From: Eledone cirrhosa
Taxonomy: Eukaryota
DNA length: 64,000 nt
Assembly: GCA_964016885.1 (NCBI GenBank)
Contig: OZ024743.1
Location: 249,860,001 to 249,924,000 of the forward strand
Direction of reading: 5' to 3'
Within the stretch, counting starts at the first letter, position 1. Every line of letters starts with the position of its first letter. Positions 57,622 to 64,000 of the stretch are shown here, piece after piece. Both the position numbers and the translations under genes were made by a program. A model generated the notes under the pieces. The model did not search any database, had not been told where the DNA came from, and saw nothing but the letters and a program-made list of their open reading frames with translations.

Positions 57622-59309
57622 CACACACATATATATATATATATATACATATTACAATGGATAGTTTATAAAGTTCTATGTTGGACTAAAATTCCAGTTA
57701 ATTAAAAAATTTACATAAATTCCAATCAACTTAAGCTTATAAATAATCTATGAAGGCATATAGCTTTGTGGGTAGGGTGTTGCACTCAGGATCATAAGGT
57801 TGACGGTTCTACTTCTGAACCAGGTGGTGCATTTTTTTTTTGAGCAAAATATGCCAGTTCATGTTGCTTTTCATGATAGGGCTGATGGCCCTTATTAAAA
57901 CACCTCAGAGTTTGGCTAAACCTGCATATTCCATTTTGCTTTTGTTTTTTCTCATCATATACTTAAACTGTGAATGGTAAATTATTCAAGTAGAGGATCA
58001 GCAAACCTCCAGGCTTGCCACAAGAAATGCTGGATACAGTTTCCATTTTAAATCCTGAAGAAATCTGTTCTTAATTACTTTTTTGCTACCTGACAGTCTG
58101 AAACTGACTCTGGTTTTACGATACAAAAATGATTGTTTTGAAAAGTTTATATGAACATAAAAACCTTCCATCATAATTTTATTTAAGAACCTTTGTTAAG
58201 TTATATTCCAAATACCCACTTAATAATGAGAAAGTTAATTATATTACTAAATCCCTCTAAATTCTTGTTTTTGTTTTCAAAATTATTTGAAGATTATGAA
58301 TAGTATCTTATATTAGAAATTTGGTAACAAATGTGTTTATTTTTATCTAAAGTTTTGCCATCATAATTTCAAGTAAGAACTTTTGTTAAGCTATGTTAGA
58401 AATATAACACTAATAATAAGAAAACGAGTTATATTACTAAATCCCTCCAAATACTTTACTATTTTCAAAATTATATGAAAATCATAGGTGAAATATTTCA
58501 TTAGAATATGACAATGAAAGAGATCTAAAAACCTTCCATCATAATGTTATGTAAGAATCTTTGTTATGTTCCAAGCACCAGATGAATAAGGAAAAAGTTA
58601 ATTATTTTACAAAATCCTTCCAAATTCTTTATTAGTTTTAAAATGAATTGAAAATTAGAGGTAATGTCTATTATTAGAAATATGGTAATGAAAGAATTAA
58701 TCTATACATAATATAAAAGAGAGATGTTTGTTTGTTTGTTGGTTGGTTGGTTCTTTCGTGCATCACACAAAAATGAAAGGTGACAATTGAAAGGTAAGTC
58801 CAGTAATGGAATAAGGGTATATCCAAGAAGGTTTATTGATGCTAATTTATAATATCAAAGAAGAAAAACATCTCAGATATGATAACCAGCCTGACTGCTA
58901 TTTCTAGCAGGTTGGGAATTCTCTCTGTGCATTCATTGTCAGTGATACTTGTGATTCGCAGCAAGTATCTCCGATTCGAACGTGGTTTATACACACACAA
59001 ACACACACACACATATTTATACTGTAAACCAGACAATGCATCCAATACAGACGTTTTCTCTTCTACCAGTCTTCTCGTATCATCTGTTTACCCGGGCAAA
59101 GCTGGCTACCTCAACTAGTCTAAAATAAACGGAAACGAGCAAATTATCAGATCAAACCAACAGAACAATGTTTCCATTGGTCTTTTCCATTGCTGATACT
59201 ATTTGCTAGTCATAATTCCAGGCAGGAGGCAGGATTTGAACTCAAAATACACAGAGCCATATCAGGTACCACAAAATATCTTATCTGATGTTTTCACAAT
59301 TCTGTCACT

Positions 59310-59643
59310 CTACAAGATTGATCACAACAAACCAGATATAATGTTGATAATTGAAAAAGAAAAGAAGTGCTTTATTGTGGCTGTAGCCTGCAATTTTAGA
59401 TAAAGGATAACAGAAAAGAAAAGAAAAACAATGACCCCCAAATATGAAATTTTGAAAGTATGGAAGAGTGAAGTAAATAATATAATACTGGCACAGATAA
59501 TTGTAGGAGCACTACGATGTGTAACAGAGAATCTTTGTAAATAATTGCAACAAATTGGATTTGACCTTAGTATAGAGCCTATGCAAAAAGCATGCCTACT
59601 TTGCACTGCCAGGATAATTAGAAAAGTGATGGACATCAACTAG
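59310..59643 (+). mobile_element. REL-type (R4/Dong-like) non-LTR 3' fragment
   Basis: IDHNKPDIMLIIEKEKKCFIVAVAC..KYE..IIVGAL..MQKACLLCTARIIRKV. Confidence 0.7.
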
Positions 59644-59777
59644 ACAAGCAAAAAGCAATCCTCATTAATTTAAGCTCTGAAATGGAGCCTGATGGTAAGA
59701 AGAAGAACAATACCAGTAGTTAACATCAACACTGCAAAAATAAATAAAAAATAATAAATAAATAAATAAATAATAAT

Positions 59778-60410
59778 GGTTTCTGATTTAGGCACAAGGC
59801 CAGCAATTGCAAGTGAGAGGAATGTTGATTAAATTGGCCCCAGTGCATCCCTTGGCGGGATTTGAATTCAGAACGTAAAGAGGATGTAACTCTATACCAC
59901 TAAGCATGTTGTCCGACCCTCTACCGATTCTGCCAAATAATAATAATAATTTCTACTTTTGGTACATGGCCAGCAATTATTCCAGTGGATTACTGGTACT
60001 TTATTTTATCGACCCCGTAAGGATGAAAGGCAAAGTTAAGCTCAGTGGGATTTGAACTCAGTCCATTTATTTAATAATAATTGTTTCTACTTTTGGCACA
60101 AGGCCAGCAATTACCCAGTACATTACTGGTACTTTATTTTATCGACCCCGTAAGGATGAAAGGCAAAGTTAACCTCGGCGGGATTTGAACTCAGAATGGC
60201 GAGGGCCATAACTCTATGCTACAAAGCATGGTGTCCAACCCTCTACCGATACTGCCAATCCACCACCCTTTATTTAATAATAATTGTTTCTATTTTTAGG
60301 CACAAGGCCAGCAATTACCCAGTACATTACTGGTACTTTATTTTATCGAACCCGTAAGGATGAAAGGCAAAGTTAACCTCGGTGAGATTTGAACTCAGAT
60401 CATAAAGGGA
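59778..60410 (-). mobile_element. Four head-to-tail family-A SINEs
   Basis: Copies at about 59778, 59950, 60081 and 60284, separated by (AAT)n. Confidence 0.85.
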
Positions 60411-60905
60411 CTGACAGAACAGTCAAGGCCAAAAGACCTGATAATATAATTGTAAAGAACCATAATGAAAAAACATGTTTCTTAATTGATATGAGCATCC
60501 CATAAGATCATAAAATCTACTTGAAAGAGTTTGGAAAGCTCAGAAAGTATAAAGATGTTTCAATTGAAATTGAGAAAATGTGGCAATTTAATGCCTGTAC
60601 AATACCAGTGATAGTAAGTGCACTTGGAATGATAAAAAGGGGTACTGAAAAATATTTGGACTGGATACCTGGAAAGCCATCTCTACAAGAGATACAGAAA
60701 ATAGTGCTGACCGGCACTGTCCATGTCTTGAGAAGGGCATTATCAATTTAAAAACCTTGCAAAGTAATTTATTGATGTTTGTGCCCTTATGGCATCATCT
60801 GTATGAAAATTGATTATAAAATGTATGTATTATCAAATTTTGCCTCAGGTATCAGGTTGACACATGGGAAAGAAGAAGAATTCAAAAGAAGTCTCAAATA
60901 ATAAT
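60410..60905 (+). mobile_element. REL-type (R4/Dong-like) non-LTR 3' fragment
   Basis: TDRTVKAKRPD..NEKTCFLIDMSIP..KEFGKLRKYKDVSIEIEKMWQFNACTIPVIVSALG..LQEIQKIVLTGTVHVLRRAL*. The UTR ends AAATAATAAT. Confidence 0.8.
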
Positions 60906-62316
60906 GACAATGCTTTCTTTTATTTGCCACAAAGGCAATAAAGGGAATCAGTAAAGTTTTCATTGTTTTAATATTTAAATGGCATGAATTTGAAAAAGGT
61001 TATTGTATTTATTGAAAGAAAACTTTAATATTTACTGGAATATTGAGGTAAATATGTGTTCAAGGCAAACAAGTGACACAAGACAACAATGGACATGGTT
61101 GTGTTGTTATAGTAGAGGGAGAATCTCGTTGTTCTGGGGCTGTTATGGATATTGTTGTGTGTGAGGAATTTTGTGTTGTGTGTGAAGAATGTTGTATTAT
61201 TTGAGTTTTATAAACCACTACATTTTCCCCTCTCTTGCTCCCTCACCTGTACAGCAACAATGACAACAACACTAACAGGTAAAACTAGGCACCTGCAATG
61301 CCAATAAACTGTGAAGTAGAGATGTTGGTCCATTTTACATGCTTATTAACCCTTTCATTATGATATTTCTAATGTGATGCAGCTGGAACATAACTTAATA
61401 AAGGTTCTTACATAAAAATTACAATGAAAGGTTTTTAGATAAATACAAATGCATTAACCCTTTTGTTCCCAAATTTCCAATGAAAGACTATCTATGGTTT
61501 TCAAATAATTTTGAAAATAATCAAGAATTTGAGGGGATTTAACCAACTTTCCGCAAGGAATTAAACCCATACCTCATGAGCTTAATACCCTAGCCTCTGC
61601 GCCACACACATTGTCATCATCACCATTTTTACATAAACCTTTTTATGTTGACATGGGTTGGACAGGATATTTTGAAGCAATATTCTTAATTTTGTTGATG
61701 GCAATAGTCTTGATGATGTTGATGGCTATAATGATAATGAGGATGTTAATAATTTTGAAGATGGTGATGCTGATGATGGGGATGATAACTTTAATGATTG
61801 TGGTGATGATGATACTGATGATGCTCAAAATTTTAATGATGATGATTATGATGATGGTGATAGCAATGACGTAAATAATTTTAATGATGATATCAATAAC
61901 TCTAACGGTGATGATGATATATGACAATAGCTTTACTTAGCTATTCGGTCCAAGAATCCAGAAAAGAAAAAAAGGTATAGATAGGAATTCTTTCAGCATA
62001 TGTAGTAAATGGTTAAATGAAAGAGAGAATCTGTAGGTTTATGGTTTGGATGAATGAATGAATAAATCAATTGAATCGAATGAATAGATTGAATGAATGA
62101 TTGGAATGAAATAGATTCTGATGAGCTTTTGCTATTGATTAGCTTTGATTACTTGCTATATATATGATGACAAGATCAATAATAAAAGACAGCATGCTTC
62201 TGATAGAGTTAGCAAAGGAAAATATCAATACATATATATATACATAGATATGTGTGTGTGTGTTGTAAATATATATGTATATACGTATGTATCATTGTAT
62301 ACGTATAAAGTCTTAC

Positions 62317-62416
62317 CTTGATGGGATATACAGGTAATCCATTCGACATAATGAATTTCAATTACAACATTGAATAAACCGACATTATAATCCGAAATAG
62401 GTAACAATCCAAACAG
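62317..62416 (-). other. Candidate non-coding (5'-UTR) exon, 100 nt
   Basis: Acceptor CCATTTTGTGCAG|CTG at 62417/62416 and donor AAG|GTAAGA at 62317/62316. Unique CpG-containing sequence between microsatellites. Confidence 0.4.
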
Positions 62417-62587
62417 CTGCACAAAATGGTATATATGTAAAATAAATTTATCTATGTGAATATATATATATATATGATGATGTTGTTATATATATATATA
62501 AAGTGTTATATATATTTCTGTGTATGTATGTATTGATTTATCTATCTCTATATAGATAGACAGTATATAAATAGATAGCAAAATAAC

Positions 62588-62700
62588 CTGTTGCTGATGT
62601 TATCAAATGATATATTTTGAGATCTTACAAACGGATATATTAGAAATAAAAACAACGATATTTCCCCCCCTCTGCTTCTTTCCAAGTTGTAACTGAAACC
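62588..62700 (-). other. Candidate non-coding (5'-UTR) exon, 113 nt
   Basis: Acceptor TTTTACCATTCTCAG|GG at 62701/62700 and a weaker donor CAG|GTTATT at 62588/62587. Confidence 0.3.
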
Positions 62701-63766
62701 CTGAGAATGGTAAAACGTCCAAGTAAAAAAAATGAATAAATAACTGAGTAAAAATCCTTGGAAAGACCAAAACTTCAAAAACTTGGAATAGTATTTTTAA
62801 AAGTAAAAATTCTTAATGTGATTATATCAGTCAGATAAAGTTGGAATGGTTAATTTTTTATTGAAAGCCTGGTATAGTTTATATTGTCTATAGAGTGCAT
62901 GTGTATATATATATATATACACACATAACAAACTATAATTCTTCGACAATGTTTATTTATTTCATAACTAACTGTATTTCCTCAACAGTGTGTGTGTATG
63001 TATGTATATATGTCTATATGTCTATATATATATATATAAACTTTACAACTTGCTGTACTACCTCAAAAGTGTATAACTAACTATAGTTCTTCAACAATGT
63101 ATATATATATATATCTACTATATATATATTCATTTCATTAATAACTATAGTTCCTTTACAGTGTGTATACATTTCATAACTAACTGTATTTCCTTCACCA
63201 GAGTGTATATATATTCCATAAGTTGTGTGGTTCCTCAACCATGTGTATATACTTTATAACTTACTTCCAGACTGACTGGCTTGAAAAATCTGTTTGTCAT
63301 CAAGTGATGGAAAGTAAGAAGAAAAAAATAAAGGAGGAAGGAAGGAACTGAAAATAATAATACTAATAATAAAAGAGTGGGGTGGCTAGAGGTGTGAGGG
63401 GAAGAAAGAACCCTCCCCCTCCTTCCTATCCTCTATCAAAACTACCAAAGTAAGTAAAGAACTGTCAACATAAGAAACTCCTTAAGGGGGTCTCTCTACT
63501 ATAATAAGAGAGTTGGTATGGTGAGCCTTTAAAGGGGTTGGCCAAGCAGGAAGCAAGGTGGGGGGATCGAGTGGTGGTGATGGAAGGGGAGGGTTAGGAA
63601 GTTTAAGAAAAAAGGCTAGGGGGCGAGGAAGAGAGGAGGGTGATAGTGGTGGTAGTGGGAGGTGTGTGGGTGACTGCAGCAACTGCCCAGTCTACAGTTA
63701 AGGGGTAGAAGAAAGAAAAAAAGAGGTATACTGAGGTAAGTTTATTAGATCTGGGACATTTATGTG

Positions 63767-63799
<33 letters not shown>

Positions 63800-64000
63800 A
63801 AGGAACGATCGACTTTCGTCAAATCGGACCGAGGGAACAATGTTTCCGTTGGTCTTTCCAATTGCTAATACTATCTATCGGTTGCAACTCCAGGTAGAAG
63901 GAGCAACGTGAAATAAAGTGTCTTGCTCAAGGACATAACGCATCGCCTGGTCCAGGAATCGATATATATATATATTATATATGATGCAATTCAATTCAAG

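Noticed and set aside
61690-61930. Met/Ile-rich hydrophobic ORFs
   Set aside because: Degenerate (GAT)n microsatellite.

Overview
AT-rich, microsatellite-saturated animal genomic DNA, very probably from a coleoid cephalopod (Octopus-like). This is inferred from the protocadherin type and the repeat repertoire. The only host gene I can support is a minus-strand protocadherin. One large exon (37700-34886) encodes a signal peptide, 7 cadherin repeats, the transmembrane helix and the proximal tail. It ends at a phase-0 GTAAGT donor that fits a phase-0 terminal exon 17.6 kb away (17289-17038), and there are candidate 5'-UTR exons near 62.3-62.7 kb. The rest is mobile-element debris: a DD37D (maT-type) Tc1/mariner copy with TIRs, RTE-clade LINEs (two head-to-head and carrying a PHD-like finger), a Penelope-like element, R4/Dong- and CRE-like fragments, two tRNA-derived SINE families, MITEs and minisatellites. 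The most notable non-obvious signals are: hammerhead-ribozyme folds sitting in short palindromes, a perfect 66-bp intronic inverted repeat, a 640-bp micro-inversion that splits a SINE, strong SINE strand bias, and minisatellites born from the same LINE coding motif. Almost all short ORFs in the track are (TA)n/(CA)n artefacts.
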